Positions 1-10,515 of a stretch of 64,000 nt of DNA are shown here, piece by piece. The DNA comes from Gammaproteobacteria bacterium. GTDB lineage: Bacteria; Pseudomonadota; Gammaproteobacteria; Ga0077536. Where the stretch lies: positions 1,920,001-1,984,000 of the forward strand of contig CAXXLL010000003.1 of the NCBI GenBank assembly GCA_963662545.2, given 5' to 3'. The notes beneath the pieces were generated by a model, which worked only from the letters and a program-made list of their open reading frames with translations, had not been told where the DNA came from and did not search any database. The number at the start of each line of letters is the position of its first letter. The first letter of the stretch is position 1. Position numbers and translations under genes: made by a program.

Positions 1-129
1 CCAGATATCGAATTGGCGAGAAATCACCGGTTATCCCAAATACAATTGAATGAAGTCCAAGCCATCGTCGAGGCACGGAAAGATGAACTCATCGCAGCCT
101 GGCGCGAACACTTCGACAGTAGTAACTGA
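1..129 (+). CDS. DUF4160-family (DhiT-like) toxin, 3' part
   Basis: Frame 1 reads PDIELARNHRLSQIQLNEVQAIVEARKDELIAAWREHF; the full copy is at 7794-8039. Confidence 0.75.
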   Translation, partial: PDIELARNHRLSQIQLNEVQAIVEARKDELIAAWREHFDSSN

Positions 130-349
130 CATATCGCCAGACGGTATTTGGCTTCTCTATGCAGACGAGGAGCTATTTATGCCGTTTGATGAGTTTCCGT
201 GGTTTAAGAAGGCTTCGGTCGAACAGATCTTGAATGTTGTCGAAGAACAACCGGGGACATTTCACTGGCCAGATCTTGACATTGATCTGGGGCTCGATTC
301 GATCCGTAATCCTGGCCATTACCCATTAAAAGCAAAAACCGACGCTTAG
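83..349 (+). CDS. DUF2442-family (DhiA-like) antitoxin
   Basis: ELFMPFDEFPWF...FHWPDLDIDL motif; overlaps the DUF4160 gene. Confidence 0.8.
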   Translation: MNSSQPGANTSTVVTDISPDGIWLLYADEELFMPFDEFPWFKKASVEQILNVVEEQPGTFHWPDLDIDLGLDSIRNPGHYPLKAKTDA

Positions 350-454
350 ATTCCCGAGCGTAGCGCAACCGCACCTAACAAATGGATCAACCGGACGTGA
401 TAGTTCCTACGGTTTAGTGGACACCCTGAACTAACTATTCAGGAGTGTTCCAAG

Positions 455-814
455 ATGCCAAAACCAGGCCCGAGAACGACGTATAAATACAGCGACGAAT
501 TCAAAGCGACAGCGGTCCGCTTAAGTGAACTGCCGGATGTAGCCATCCAGGATGTCGCTGCGTCTCTTTACATTCACCCCTTCATGTTGTCTCGTTGGCG
601 CAAACAAGTGCGCGAGGGAATGATCATGGCTAGAGGTGTGGAAATCGATAAAGAAACAGCGGCGGAGCTGAAAGCGCTGCGTCAGATGAAGAAGGACTAC
701 GAGCGTCTAAAAGTGGAGCATGACCTTTTAAAAAAAGCGATCGAGTTCACTTCCAAACGAAAAGCGATGTCTTCGCGTTCATCGACTACCACGTCAAAGA
801 AGGGATCTCGGTGA
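455..814 (+). CDS. IS3 transposase OrfA (HTH)
   Basis: [13 protein letters not shown]; ends LLKKA at the frameshift motif. Confidence 0.9.
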   Translation: MPKPGPRTTYKYSDEFKATAVRLSELPDVAIQDVAASLYIHPFMLSRWRKQVREGMIMARGVEIDKETAAELKALRQMKKDYERLKVEHDLLKKAIEFTSKRKAMSSRSSTTTSKKGSR

Positions 815-1620
815 CGACGATGTGTGCGTTATACGACGTGAGTTCCAGTGGTTATTACGCCTGGCGGAAACGCCCGCGCAGTCAGCGCTCGATTGAGGAC
901 GAGGCGCTGTTGGTTGAGATCCGCGAGGCGCATGCGCTGGGCCGGAAGACCTATGGGAGTCCGCGTGTACACGAGGTCTTGTTGCAGCGCGGGAGGAAGG
1001 TCGGGCGACGCCGGATCGAACGATTGATGCGGGAAAATGGCATTCGCGGGTGCTCAGCCGACCAGTACCGTCGCACGCCTGGCCTGGACCGCTTCTTTGG
1101 TGTGATCGGCAATCGTATACACAAGATGCCGGTGACGGCACCCGACCAGGTGTGGGTCTCGGATGTGACCTATGTGAAGGTCAACGCTGAGTGGCGCTAT
1201 CTGTCGGTGGTAATGGATCGGTACTCACGTCGCGTATTGGGTTGGTCATTGGGGCCTGAGAAGACGGCAGCATTGACCGGTCGGGCGTTGCACCAAGCTT
1301 TGAAGCTGAGGCGGCCACCGGCGGGGACCGTATTTCACAGTGACCGCGGTTCAGAATATGTGGCTAGCCACCTGCAGGCTGCGCTGGGTAAGGCGAAGTT
1401 GGTCCCGAGTATGAATCGCCGGCGTCGGATGACGGACAATGCCCATATGGAGTCATGGAATAAGACGATGAAGTCCGACATGTACCACCGACGCCTGTTC
1501 AGCAGTGACAAACAGCTGCGCGATTCACTGCGTTCCTACATCGACTTCTATAATCGGGTGAGACTACACTCGTCTTTAGGATATCAATCACCGATAGCGT
1601 TTGAGCAAGCATGCAGCTAA
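811..1620 (+). CDS. IS3 transposase OrfB (rve DDE)
   Basis: [23 protein letters not shown] motifs. Confidence 0.95.
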   Translation: MTTMCALYDVSSSGYYAWRKRPRSQRSIEDEALLVEIREAHALGRKTYGSPRVHEVLLQRGRKVGRRRIERLMRENGIRGCSADQYRRTPGLDRFFGVIGNRIHKMPVTAPDQVWVSDVTYVKVNAEWRYLSVVMDRYSRRVLGWSLGPEKTAALTGRALHQALKLRRPPAGTVFHSDRGSEYVASHLQAALGKAKLVPSMNRRRRMTDNAHMESWNKTMKSDMYHRRLFSSDKQLRDSLRSYIDFYNRVRLHSSLGYQSPIAFEQACS

Positions 1621-1810
1621 CTTATGGGTGTCCACTTTTTCGTAGGAACTCCCCGCGGTACAGCAGGCTCCTTTGGGCCGGCTTCGCATTTTCGCCCCAA
1701 AGGAGCTGCTGTAACACACAGGTTATCCTAGCGTTAGGTGCTCCGGCGCGGACGTTACGGTGGATAAATTTCGAATGGCGCGATATCGAGCTGTATGCTA
1801 AGTTCAGTGC

Positions 1811-2026
1811 ATGAAAATCTCAGCCGCAGATACACTAGATATACCGATTCGGGAACGAATTCAGCTCGTTGCTGACATTTGGGAGAGCATCGCCGAATTT
1901 CCAGACGAGATCGAGCTTTCGGGAGCCACGCGGGAACTACTCCGAAAGCGATTGGAAGCGTATCGAGCAAATCCAAACGCCGGGTCCCCTTGGGAAGAGG
2001 TTAAGAATCGAATTTTGTCTAGATGA
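1811..2026 (+). CDS. Addiction-module antitoxin (TIGR02574-like)
   Basis: ERIQLVADIWESI...PWEEVK; overlaps a RelE/ParE gene. Confidence 0.85.
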   Translation: MKISAADTLDIPIRERIQLVADIWESIAEFPDEIELSGATRELLRKRLEAYRANPNAGSPWEEVKNRILSR

Positions 2027-2331
2027 GCCGCTCGCTCATCGTCGAACCAGAAGCCGAAACAGATATCTTGGACGGCTATATCTGGTACGAAAACCGAGAA
2101 GAAGGACTTGGATCGAGGTTTATCGAAGAACTTGAGTCCGCATTCAATCGGGTCGCCGCGAACCCTATGTCCTACCAGGAGGCAGAACCAGATATCAGAC
2201 GGTCCGTGACCCACGTTTTCCCGTATCTAGTATTCTTCTCCTTCGATGACGATGCAGTTTATGTGCTGGCTGTCATTCCAGCGTCCCAAAATCCTGATTA
2301 CATCAACGCGCGCCTTGAAGCTCTTGGCTAA
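2023..2331 (+). CDS. RelE/ParE-family toxin
   Basis: PEAETDI..WYE..GLGSRF..FPYLVFF..VLAV. Confidence 0.85.
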   Translation: MSRSLIVEPEAETDILDGYIWYENREEGLGSRFIEELESAFNRVAANPMSYQEAEPDIRRSVTHVFPYLVFFSFDDDAVYVLAVIPASQNPDYINARLEALG

Positions 2332-2376
2332 GGTTAATTCGCAAATCCACCCAATGTGTTCCAGGGACGATCCCGC

Positions 2377-2486
2377 ACCTAACAAGTGGATCAACCGGAC
2401 GTGTTACAGCGCGCTTGTTTGGGCCGGCGTCGCATTTTCGTCCCAAACAAGCGCGCTGTAACGCGCCGGTTATCCTGGCGTTAGGT
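2377..2486 (+). repeat. attC (110-bp family)
   Basis: ACCTAAC...GTTAGGT, paired stem. Confidence 0.95.
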
Positions 2487-2551
2487 ATTTTGGCAGGAAA
2501 CACTAGCGGCCGGGTGCTAACATTTACGATCAAGTGACGAAGGAGACGTCA

Positions 2552-3195
2552 ATGAAGATTCGTTCCACCGCAATCCTTGCGTCGATATTACTTGCTGGCA
2601 CACATCTCCCCGTCAGCGCCATTTATCTAAATGACCAGAATATTTTGGTTGCTCTCGGTTCTAGCATGTCTGCCGAGCCGTTTCAGAATCAAACTACCGC
2701 GGTTTCGCTGGCGAAGATCGATGCTCCAAACGCCGCAGCGTCTGAAAACCATGTCAGCCCAACAACCCACGTATGGGTGAGTGGCGGATCGCTGGAACTA
2801 GATTTTGATTTCGGCGTTGATGATCGCTCGAACTAGATTTTGACCATGACCTCACCATCCATTTCTGGAATTATCATTCAGAGGCGTTCGATGTTGACGA
2901 TATTGACTTCGTATTCCGCGATTCGTCTAGCAACATCGTCGGGAGCGTTCTAAATCTCAACCCCCAAGTTGGTGGCGGGGGGAGCAATCCTATATTCGCA
3001 GAAGATTTCGCATTGCAATTTCCATTGAATGTTCGGTTCGTGAATGTAGTGCTTTCCGGGTCGAACGGAGAGGTGGACTTTAACAACATAGGTTTTACAG
3101 GGGACATATCTGTCATTCCAATTCCGGCCTCGATATTCCTGCTGGCCTCTGGGATCTTAGGGATAAATGTAACCACCAAACGAAGAAGAACTTGA
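2552..3195 (+). pseudogene. Secreted PEP-CTERM-like (IPIPA) protein, split by an internal duplication
   Basis: Signal peptide; C-terminal IPIPA-TM-KRRR; 22-bp duplication at 2787-2808/2822-2843 breaks the frame. Confidence 0.7.
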
Positions 3196-4281
3196 ATTCA
3201 AGCGTGAAGTGCAACACGGGTAATTAGAGTCCTGCATAGATTTGCTCCGGTGTTTTGTATCCGAGTCGCTTTCTCGGACGTGTGTTGAGCTTCCTAGCGA
3301 TCGCATCGCATTCGTTTTGGGTAAGGTTCGCCATGCTTCTGCCCTTCGGCAGATACTGGCGTATCAAGCCGTTGGCATTCTCGTTCGTTCCGCGCTCCCA
3401 GGAATGATAAGGGGTGGCGAAATAGAAGGCGGCACCGGTGCGTTTTTCAATCGCGTCGTATTGGTGAAACTCGGTGCCATTGTCGGCGGTAACGGTACGC
3501 ACCCTGCGGGCCTCACGGTTAATCAGTTTGATCATGGCTCGATTGAGCTCGGCAGTGGTTCGCGCTTTGAGCTTACCGATGGCAACGAGTCCGGACTTGC
3601 GCTCGACCAGAGTCGCGATGCAATGGAGATCGCGACCGCCCATGACCGTATCACCCTCCCAATGTCCTATTCGGGATCGATTCTCCGCACCCGGTGGGCG
3701 CTGCGAAATATGACGTTTCCCCGGTAATACGCCTCGAGAATCGACCGAGCCGTAGCGTTTGCGCCATTTCTTGGTGGCCTGCCGAAGGTGGGTATAGAGG
3801 TATCCGCCTTCGTAATGGTCGTACCAGATGAACCGGTAAATAGTCTCGTGGCTGATAGCGCACACACGCCACAAGCGCAACCAGCCCGAGATCTGCTCTG
3901 GGCTCCATTCTAGCCGCACCAAAGCGCTGATCATTTGCAGCTGCCAGTCGGCAAACTGCCATTTTCTTCGTGATTCTCGCCGCCGGCGCCGGGTTCTGCT
4001 GTCTGCCTTGAAGGCGCGATAATCCCCGTCTTTGCACAGGTTTCTCTGCACTTCGCGCATCACCGTACTACGGTGGCGGCCGATGGCACGCCCGACCTCA
4101 GAATAGTTAAGTCCTTGCCAAAGCAGCGCCGCGATCTTATACCTCTCATCAGAGGTGATCTGGTGGTACCTCATCGTGGGTATCCTCTTCTTGCCGGAAA
4201 AGAATGCTTAAGAGTATCCCAGCTCGCTTCGTTTAACGCGATAGACGGAATTTCATGTGTTGCATTTACTTTGTGAATCCG
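3193..4281 (-). mobile_element. IS30-family element, copy 1 (intact)
   Basis: ~25-bp TIRs TGAATTCAAGCGTGAAGTGCAACAC / GTGTTGCATTTACTTTGTGAATCCG. Confidence 0.95.
3224..4174 (-). CDS. IS30 transposase
   Basis: GHWEGDTV, TADNGTEF, SWERGTNENANGLIRQY. Confidence 0.95.
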   Translation of the reverse strand: MRYHQITSDERYKIAALLWQGLNYSEVGRAIGRHRSTVMREVQRNLCKDGDYRAFKADSRTRRRRRESRRKWQFADWQLQMISALVRLEWSPEQISGWLRLWRVCAISHETIYRFIWYDHYEGGYLYTHLRQATKKWRKRYGSVDSRGVLPGKRHISQRPPGAENRSRIGHWEGDTVMGGRDLHCIATLVERKSGLVAIGKLKARTTAELNRAMIKLINREARRVRTVTADNGTEFHQYDAIEKRTGAAFYFATPYHSWERGTNENANGLIRQYLPKGRSMANLTQNECDAIARKLNTRPRKRLGYKTPEQIYAGL

Positions 4282-4285
4282 CCTC

Positions 4286-4395
4286 ACCTAACAAATGGAT
4301 CAACCTGACGTGTTACAGCAGGCTCCTTTCCAGCGGCTTCGCATTTTCGCCTCCAAGAAGCCTGCTGTAACACGCAGGTTATCCTGGCGTTAGGT
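4286..4395 (+). repeat. attC
   Basis: Family consensus. Confidence 0.95.
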
Positions 4396-4726
4396 GTCGC
4401 CAGGAAACTCAAATGAAATGGGAACTAATTGGCGCGTACGCAGAAGTCATCGGGGCTATAGCGGTCATCGTTTCAATCCTTTACCTCGCGTTACAGGTGC
4501 GCGACAACACTCGCTCAGTTAGGGCCAACGCAGGTTTCGAAGCCGCGCATTCTTGGGCAATCTCTAACGAGATCTTGTATCAAGCGCCAGAGAAGGACCG
4601 GATGGTTTTTGCGCGGGCGTTCGATCTCGGAGAATCGGTAGACAAGTTTTCTGAGAGCGAGCGAATCCACATCAGTATCTTGATGCGGTCATTATTTGAA
4701 AAACTCGAAGGGCAATACTATTTGTT

Positions 4727-6111
4727 GGGTCTACGCGGATTCATGTGGGTAAATTCTGAATTAGACCAAGTGTAAACCATTGAAATCATGTAGACATTCA
4801 GAGATTTCGTATGGGGTGAAAGTGGTTTCATTTTGTGGGTAGGCTAAGGCCATGAAGAATCCCAAGTCGATCCGAGCGCTGTTTGCGTTCCCTGGTTTTA
4901 CCGCCGCATCGAAATTGGTGGGCATGTTTGGTGATCGGTATGCCCGTGTGATCCAACTCAAGAGGCGAAAAAAACAGCGATCTGTTCTCACTGTGCTCAC
5001 CGGTGCCGCGGGCGTTACGACAAGAAGGTGCTGCGAGTACGAGACCTGTCAGTTGCCGGATGGCGAATCTACCTGGAGTTCGAACGCTGGCGTGTCAGTT
5101 GCCGGAGGTGCGGCGGCGTGCAGGTAGAACATCTTGACTGGCTGGCAAAGAACCCTCGCTATACGCAGCGCTTTGCCATGCAGGTGGGCAAGCTGTGCCG
5201 GGACATGCCGAACCAGGCTGTCGCCGAGAGGGAACGCCTGCACCACAGCACGGTGAAAGACCTCGATAAGCTGTACATGCAAAAGCAGGTTGAGCTGGCG
5301 GGCATGCCAGCACCCCGGGCCATCGGTATTGATGAGATCTCCATCCGCAAAGGACATAACTACCGGGTCATCGTCAGTGACCTGGATCGGGGGCGTCCTA
5401 TCTGGGTCGGTGGTGAAGGTCGCAAAGAGGCTGACATCGACCTGTTTTTCCAGGCATTGGGCGAGAACAAGAGCGCTCGCATCGAACTGGCGGCGATGGA
5501 CATGTGGAAGCCGTTCCGTAACTCGGTCATGAACAACGCACCGCAGGCGCGGATCATCTATGACAAGTTCCATATCATGCGCCACCTCTCAAAGGCTCTC
5601 GATGAAGTCCGGCGCCGTGAATACAAACGTCTCCGCGGCAAGGACAGGAGTTACATCAAAGGCCAGCGATATACCTTGCTCTCGCGACGCGAGAACCTGA
5701 ATCTGGATGGCAGACGAGCCCTGAAAAAACTGCTCCAGGCCAACCGGCGTCTGAACACCGCCTACGTCCTCAAGGAAACCTTCGGCCAACTCTGGGACTA
5801 CCGTACCGAGCGCGGCGCGCGTGCCTTTTTCGAGCGCTGGAAGGACAGTCTGAAATGGCAGCGATTGGCGCCGTATCGCAAGTTTGCTGAGCTGATTGAA
5901 TCCCATTGGGATGGCATTGCTTCCTATTGTGATGCTAAGAATAAAGTCAGTCTTGGATTGGTCGAAGGGGTCAACAACAAAATCCGGGTCCTGCAACGAC
6001 GCGCCTATGGCTATCGTGATGAGGAATTCCTCAAACTGAAAATCATTGCGGCATTTCTTCCGCCACTACCCAGAAATGCCAATATCAACCCACACGTTTC
6101 CGCGTAGACCC
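4727..6111 (+). mobile_element. ISL3-family element
   Basis: TIR GGGTCTACGCGGA / TCCGCGTAGACCC; 8-bp TSD TATTTGTT. Confidence 0.95.
4852..6107 (+). CDS. ISL3 transposase (-1 frameshift at A7, ~4968-4974)
   Basis: IGIDEIS, AAMDMWKPF, DKFH, EGVNNKI motifs; Zn finger in the shifted frame. Confidence 0.9.
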
Positions 6112-6343
6112 TATTTGTTTAAATACGGTAGCCTCGATCAAGCGATTTGGGATATCCGAAAGGCATGGGCGGCAGGCGCGTTGCAAACTCCGTTCTTTCA
6201 AAAATGGTGGGAGGTGGAAAAGAGTCAAGGGATTTACTCGCCAGAATTCATCGAACTCATCGAAAAAGCGCGGCCGATTTCGATAGACGGGTTTGCGAAT
6301 GAAACGAGGCCACTCGATGCTTAGACTTCCAAGTGAAATGCAC

Positions 6344-7665
6344 TGAGCGGACCGGGAGAAAGGTAACAAAAGTGCCAAGGTAGATGGGTAACACTTTTGT
6401 TATCGATAATGTCGTTTTAGTCGGCCGTAAGCATCTTCGATCCGATTGTATTTTTCAATCATTCGGCCGAGCTTAAGCGTTCCGAAATAGACGTTCCAAA
6501 CACCACAGTCGATTTCCTCTAATCCTATGTACTCACCGGCACACGCGATTGAGACAGGCACATGGGTGGAATGCCATCGGATGCCACCGTTGGCACTGAC
6601 GAAGCGCTTGATGAAACGGTCAGGATATTCGAGCGGCGGGATTTTGCTAGGCATTTCTTTGGCAGAAAATTCGTAGAAGTCGGCAGGTGTGAACATGTCG
6701 AGCGCTTCATGAGGGCGTTCTTCATTGAATTCAATCTGGAACCGATTAAATCGTTTCTGTTGCGCGCGATAGTCCCCGGCCGGAGGTCGAGTCGTCTCCG
6801 CCTTTAAGGTTCGGTGCATCCGTTCGTGTCGGCCATTTTGTTGAGGCTTTCCGGGTTCGATGAGCTCGGGATAAATACCAAGCCTGATCCACCAGGCAGA
6901 CAGCGTTGATAATCGACCGAGCGTGTTCGTCGCGAAGGGGACGCCGTTGTCGGTACGGATGCGTTCTGGCAGTCCGTATTCTTTGAATAAGCGGGTGAAC
7001 ACCGCCTTCGATGGTTCAACGGCGGTCGTGAGTAATGACTGGCATCCGATGAGGTATCGACTAAAGCCATCGGTGACGGTCAACGGGTAACAATACCGCC
7101 CGTCTTCGGTCTTGAAATGCCCTTTGAAGTCGGCGCCCCAGGTTTGGTTGGGTGCATTCATTCGGGTTTCAGGTTTTCCCGGATGCCCGAGTTTGCGTGA
7201 GCGCCGCGGTGTCCGGATGAATCCTTCACGGATTAGGATGTCATGAATGGTTGTCCGTGTTGGCCACGGCTCTCGCGGGTGCTTCCGCGATAGAAACGTC
7301 CGCAATTTACGAGCGCCCCAAGTCGGATGACGTTGTCGCGCATCGATGATCAGGCGCTCGAGCCGCGCCGGCGTTTTATGCGGGCAAGTTCTAGGCCGCC
7401 GTGTGCGTTCCTCTAAACCCGCCGGACCTTCGCTTAGATACCGATCAATCCATTTGTAGCCAGTCTTGCGACTGATGCCGTAATGTTCGCACAGCTCGGT
7501 AACTGTCAACAGGTCGCGCAGATAGTCTGCGATGAATTGCGTTTTTTCGTTCATTGGTGACGTTTCTCTCCAGGGCATCGGACTCCTCCTTTGAGGAACC
7601 TAATACCATTGATCTGTCACCCATGTACCTTGACTATAATGTTACCTATCTACCCGGTCCGTACC
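6344..7665 (-). mobile_element. IS481-family element
   Basis: TIRs TGAGCGGACCGGGAGAAAGGTAACA / TGTTACCTATCTACCCGGTCCGTACC; CAC duplication. Confidence 0.9.
6400..7578 (-). CDS. IS481 transposase
   Basis: MPWRETSPM start, WGADFKG, RTDNGVPF, QQNGRHER. Confidence 0.95.
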   Translation of the reverse strand: MPWRETSPMNEKTQFIADYLRDLLTVTELCEHYGISRKTGYKWIDRYLSEGPAGLEERTRRPRTCPHKTPARLERLIIDARQRHPTWGARKLRTFLSRKHPREPWPTRTTIHDILIREGFIRTPRRSRKLGHPGKPETRMNAPNQTWGADFKGHFKTEDGRYCYPLTVTDGFSRYLIGCQSLLTTAVEPSKAVFTRLFKEYGLPERIRTDNGVPFATNTLGRLSTLSAWWIRLGIYPELIEPGKPQQNGRHERMHRTLKAETTRPPAGDYRAQQKRFNRFQIEFNEERPHEALDMFTPADFYEFSAKEMPSKIPPLEYPDRFIKRFVSANGGIRWHSTHVPVSIACAGEYIGLEEIDCGVWNVYFGTLKLGRMIEKYNRIEDAYGRLKRHYR

Positions 7666-7673
7666 CACCATTC

Positions 7674-7783
7674 ACCTAACAAACGGATCAACCTGACGTG
7701 TTACAGCGCGCTTCTTTAGGTCGGCTGCGCATTTTCGCCCAAAAGAAGCGCGCTGTAACACGCCGGTTATCCTGGCGTTAGGT
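7674..7783 (+). repeat. attC
   Basis: Family consensus. Confidence 0.95.
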
Positions 7784-7793
7784 GGCAGGGAAA

Positions 7794-8039
7794 ATGAGTC
7801 CGACCGTATTTCGTGAAAAGGGTTACAGGTTTTTCTTTTTCTCCCTGTAAGAGTCACGAACTCATGTTCACGTGAGGCCCCAAGCCGGCGAGGCGAAGTT
7901 TTGGCTAGAGCCAGATATCGAATTGGCGAGAAATCACCGGTTATCCCAAGTACAATTGAATGAAGTCCAAGCCATCGTCGAGGCACGGAAAGATGAACTC
8001 ATCGCAGCCTGGCGCGAACACTTCGACAGTAGTAACTGA
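7794..8039 (+). pseudogene. DUF4160 toxin with premature TAA (7848-7850)
   Basis: MSPTVFREKGYRFFFFSL*ESRTHVHV...AKFWLEP. Confidence 0.8.
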
Positions 8040-8259
8040 CATATCGCCAGACGGTATTTGGCTTCTCTATGCAGAAGAGGAGCTATTTATGCCGTTTGAT
8101 GAGTTTCCGTGGTTTAAGAAGGCTTCGGTCGAACAGATCTTGAATGTTGTCGAAGAACAACCGGGGACATTTCACTGGCCAGATCTTGACATTGATCTGG
8201 GGCTCGATTCGATCCGTAATCCTGGCCATTACCAATCTGGGGCTCGATTCGATCCGTAA
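7993..8259 (+). CDS. DUF2442 antitoxin, second copy, C-terminus altered by a duplication
   Basis: Near-identical to 83-349. Confidence 0.8.
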   Translation: MNSSQPGANTSTVVTDISPDGIWLLYAEEELFMPFDEFPWFKKASVEQILNVVEEQPGTFHWPDLDIDLGLDSIRNPGHYQSGARFDP

Positions 8260-8345
8260 TCCTGGCCATTAAGCGTTAAAAGCAAAAACCGACGCTTAGA
8301 TTCCCGAGCGCAAAAACCGACGCTTAGATTCCCGAGCGCAACCGC

Positions 8346-8455
8346 ACCTAACAAATGGATCAACCTGACGTGTTACAGCAGGCTCCTTTGAGGCGGCTCC
8401 GCATTTTCGCCCCAAAGAAGCCTGCTGTAACACGCAGGTTATCCTAGCGTTAGGT
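8346..8455 (+). repeat. attC
   Basis: Family consensus. Confidence 0.95.
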
Positions 8456-8705
8456 GGCCGGGAACATAGATTTCGAAATTGTCGGTCCGATCCGTGACAT
8501 CGAGACCATTGCTAGCGGTACCGGTGTGACAATTCGCTCATCTCTCCGGAAAGCATACGGGCGAGGACGTTGGCGTAAAATGAAGGGTACCGCCACAGTT
8601 AAACTAGCGAACGGAACTGAACGCATCTTAGAATTGCATTGGTACGAGGCGCACGGAATTGGAAAGCGAGATCTCAAAATTAAGCGCTATTTAGACGACC
8701 TATGA
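8454..8705 (+). CDS. Small basic hypothetical protein (putative toxin)
   Basis: WRKMKG...ELHWYEAHGIG; ATGA overlap with the next gene. Confidence 0.6.
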   Translation: MAGNIDFEIVGPIRDIETIASGTGVTIRSSLRKAYGRGRWRKMKGTATVKLANGTERILELHWYEAHGIGKRDLKIKRYLDDL

Positions 8706-8938
8706 AACAACCATCGAAGCCATTCGCACTATGCATTAACAATGACGACTACAAAGCGTCATTAATACTCGGAAAGGTCTACCGGCTTATCCCAGATAGA
8801 GACGCTGCGAAGGACGATTTCGTTCGAATCGTGGATGAAAGTAGCGAGGACTATCTATATCACAGGGCGCATTTCGTCTTCGTCGATTTTCCACCAGCAG
8901 TACGAAAACGAATTCTTGAAATAGAAAGCGCCACTTAA
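8702..8938 (+). CDS. Small hypothetical protein (putative antitoxin)
   Basis: FALCINNDDYKASL..GKVY..RIVDES.EDYLY. Confidence 0.6.
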   Translation: MKQPSKPFALCINNDDYKASLILGKVYRLIPDRDAAKDDFVRIVDESSEDYLYHRAHFVFVDFPPAVRKRILEIESAT

Positions 8939-9011
8939 GTTCACGATTGAAGTGGCTCAACAGCCCGCGGAAAGGTAAGAAAAATGTCCCGGGCTTCGTT
9001 AAACACCATTC

Positions 9012-9121
9012 ACCTAACAAACGGATCAACCTGACGTGTTACAGCGCGCTTCTTTAAAGCGGCTTCGCATTTTCGCTCTAAAAAAGCGCGCTGTAACACG
9101 CCGGTTATACTAGCGTTAGGT
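9012..9121 (+). repeat. attC
   Basis: Family consensus. Confidence 0.95.
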
Positions 9122-9174
9122 CTCATTTCGACTCCGGTCTATACTTGTATTATCGGACGTGGAAGAGAAATCCT

Positions 9175-9492
9175 GTGACTGAGAATGCAAAAAAGCTTTA
9201 TCGAGAAGCGCTTGGTCTTTCGCCGAACGAGCGCGTCGGCCTGGTTGAGGAATTGTTGAACAGCCTCGACAAACCTGCCCCGAACATTGACGCATTGGCG
9301 AAGGAGGCGGAAGATCGACTCCGCGCTTACTGTGCAGGCGAAATCCAAGCGTATTCGTCGGATGAAGTGTTTGCGAATCGACTCCGCGCTTACTGTGCAG
9401 GCGAAATCCAAGCGTATTCGTCTGGAATCTGGAAGGCGCTTGAAAGTTCGCTTTCTAGATCCGGCTCGCGCAGAACTCCGAGATGCCATTGA
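9175..9492 (+). pseudogene. Addiction-module antitoxin with duplicated C-terminal segment
   Basis: ALGLSPNERVGLVEELLNSL; 46-bp duplication at 9314-9359/9377-9422. Confidence 0.7.
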
Positions 9493-9733
9493 GTACCTAA
9501 ATGATCAGCGTGACGGTCTCGGTCAAGAGTTTCTAGAAGAAGTACGCGCTACGACAAAACGGATAGAACGACACTCGATTGCTTGGGCGCCGCTCAGCGA
9601 AAACACCCGCCGGTGCAGGACCCACCGATTCAAATACGGGTTAATCTACGAAGTAACTGACGAAGAAATTCTCATTGTTGCCGTTGCTCACCTTCACCGT
9701 GAGCCGAACTACTGGCGGAAGCCTCAAAAATGA
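9440..9733 (+). CDS. RelE/ParE-family toxin
   Basis: KVRFLDPARAELRDAIEY..GLGQEF..RFKYGLIY..IVAVAHLHREP; start codon approximate. Confidence 0.85.
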   Translation: MKVRFLDPARAELRDAIEYLNDQRDGLGQEFLEEVRATTKRIERHSIAWAPLSENTRRCRTHRFKYGLIYEVTDEEILIVAVAHLHREPNYWRKPQK

Positions 9734-9734
9734 A

Positions 9735-9844
9735 ACCTAACCAGTGGATCAACCGGACGTGTTACAGCAGGCTCCTTTGAGGCAGCTTCGCATTTTTGCC
9801 CCAAATGAGCCCGCTGTAACACGCAGGTTATCCTAGCGTTAGAT
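9735..9844 (+). repeat. attC
   Basis: Family consensus. Confidence 0.95.
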
Positions 9845-9858
9845 GGACTAGAAATCTT

Positions 9859-10362
9859 ATGGACTGGAGTGCGATATCGGGTATAGCGGAAACCGTGTCC
9901 GCAATTGGCGTAATTGCGTCGCTACTTTATGTCGGATATCAAATCCGAGAAAACACTGTCGCAGCTGAACGTTCCAACGCTCGGCAAACTGCGTCGGATC
10001 ACGCGAGGGTAATACTCAGCTTTGTGGAAAATGAGGAAATGGCGGATCTGAGATTACGCGGCCTCGACGATTTGGAGAGTCTGTCGACTGTAGAAAGATA
10101 CCGGTTTGATCTTGGGATGAGTGTCTGGCTAGAAACGATAGAACAGGCTTTCGCCGATGCTCAAATCGGCAAATTCTCGGAAGACCTTTTGGTTGAGTAC
10201 CGCAATCGCTTGGCGCTTATAGTTGACACACCGGGGGGGCGTTTATGGTGGACGACACGTAAATCATGGCTTAGTCCCTCTTTTCGAAATGTGGTGGACC
10301 GTGTACTCGAAGAAGGTACGCCGGAAGAAATACAAAGTGCGAGGATCACAACATCCACCTAA
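9859..10362 (+). CDS. Membrane-anchored hypothetical cassette protein (MxW family)
   Basis: N-terminal TM, YVGYQIREN, TPGGRLWW. Confidence 0.8.
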   Translation: MDWSAISGIAETVSAIGVIASLLYVGYQIRENTVAAERSNARQTASDHARVILSFVENEEMADLRLRGLDDLESLSTVERYRFDLGMSVWLETIEQAFADAQIGKFSEDLLVEYRNRLALIVDTPGGRLWWTTRKSWLSPSFRNVVDRVLEEGTPEEIQSARITTST

Positions 10363-10464
10363 CCAGGGGATCAACCTGACAGCTTACAGCGCACTTTACC
10401 GGTGTGGCGATATTTTCACACCTCCAAAATGCGCTGTAAGCTGCAGGTTATCCCAACGTTAGGC
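10357..10464 (+). repeat. attC (divergent subfamily)
   Basis: ACCTAAC...GTTAGGC; stem CAGCTTACAGCGCA/TGCGCTGTAAGCTG. Confidence 0.9.
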
Positions 10465-10515
10465 GGCTCGGAAGAAGATGAACCCGAAAATTTAGCAGTA
10501 CTAGAGGAAGAAAAT

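Larger units (their letters stand above)
398..1654 (+). mobile_element. IS3-family element, copy 1
   Basis: TIRs TGATAGTTCCTACGGTTTAGTGGACACCC / GGGTGTCCACTTTTTCGTAGGAACTCCCC; orfA/orfB arrangement with an A7 slippery site. Confidence 0.95.
373..1739 (+). repeat. attC split by IS3 element
   Basis: ACCTAAC at 373, arm stops at 397, resumes at 1655, GTTAGGT at 1733. Confidence 0.9.
4413..6324 (+). pseudogene. Membrane-anchored hypothetical cassette protein (MxW...YLAxQ family), interrupted by ISL3
   Basis: N-terminal half 4413-4726 and C-terminal half 6112-6324 rejoin in frame when the IS and one TSD are removed. Confidence 0.85.
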
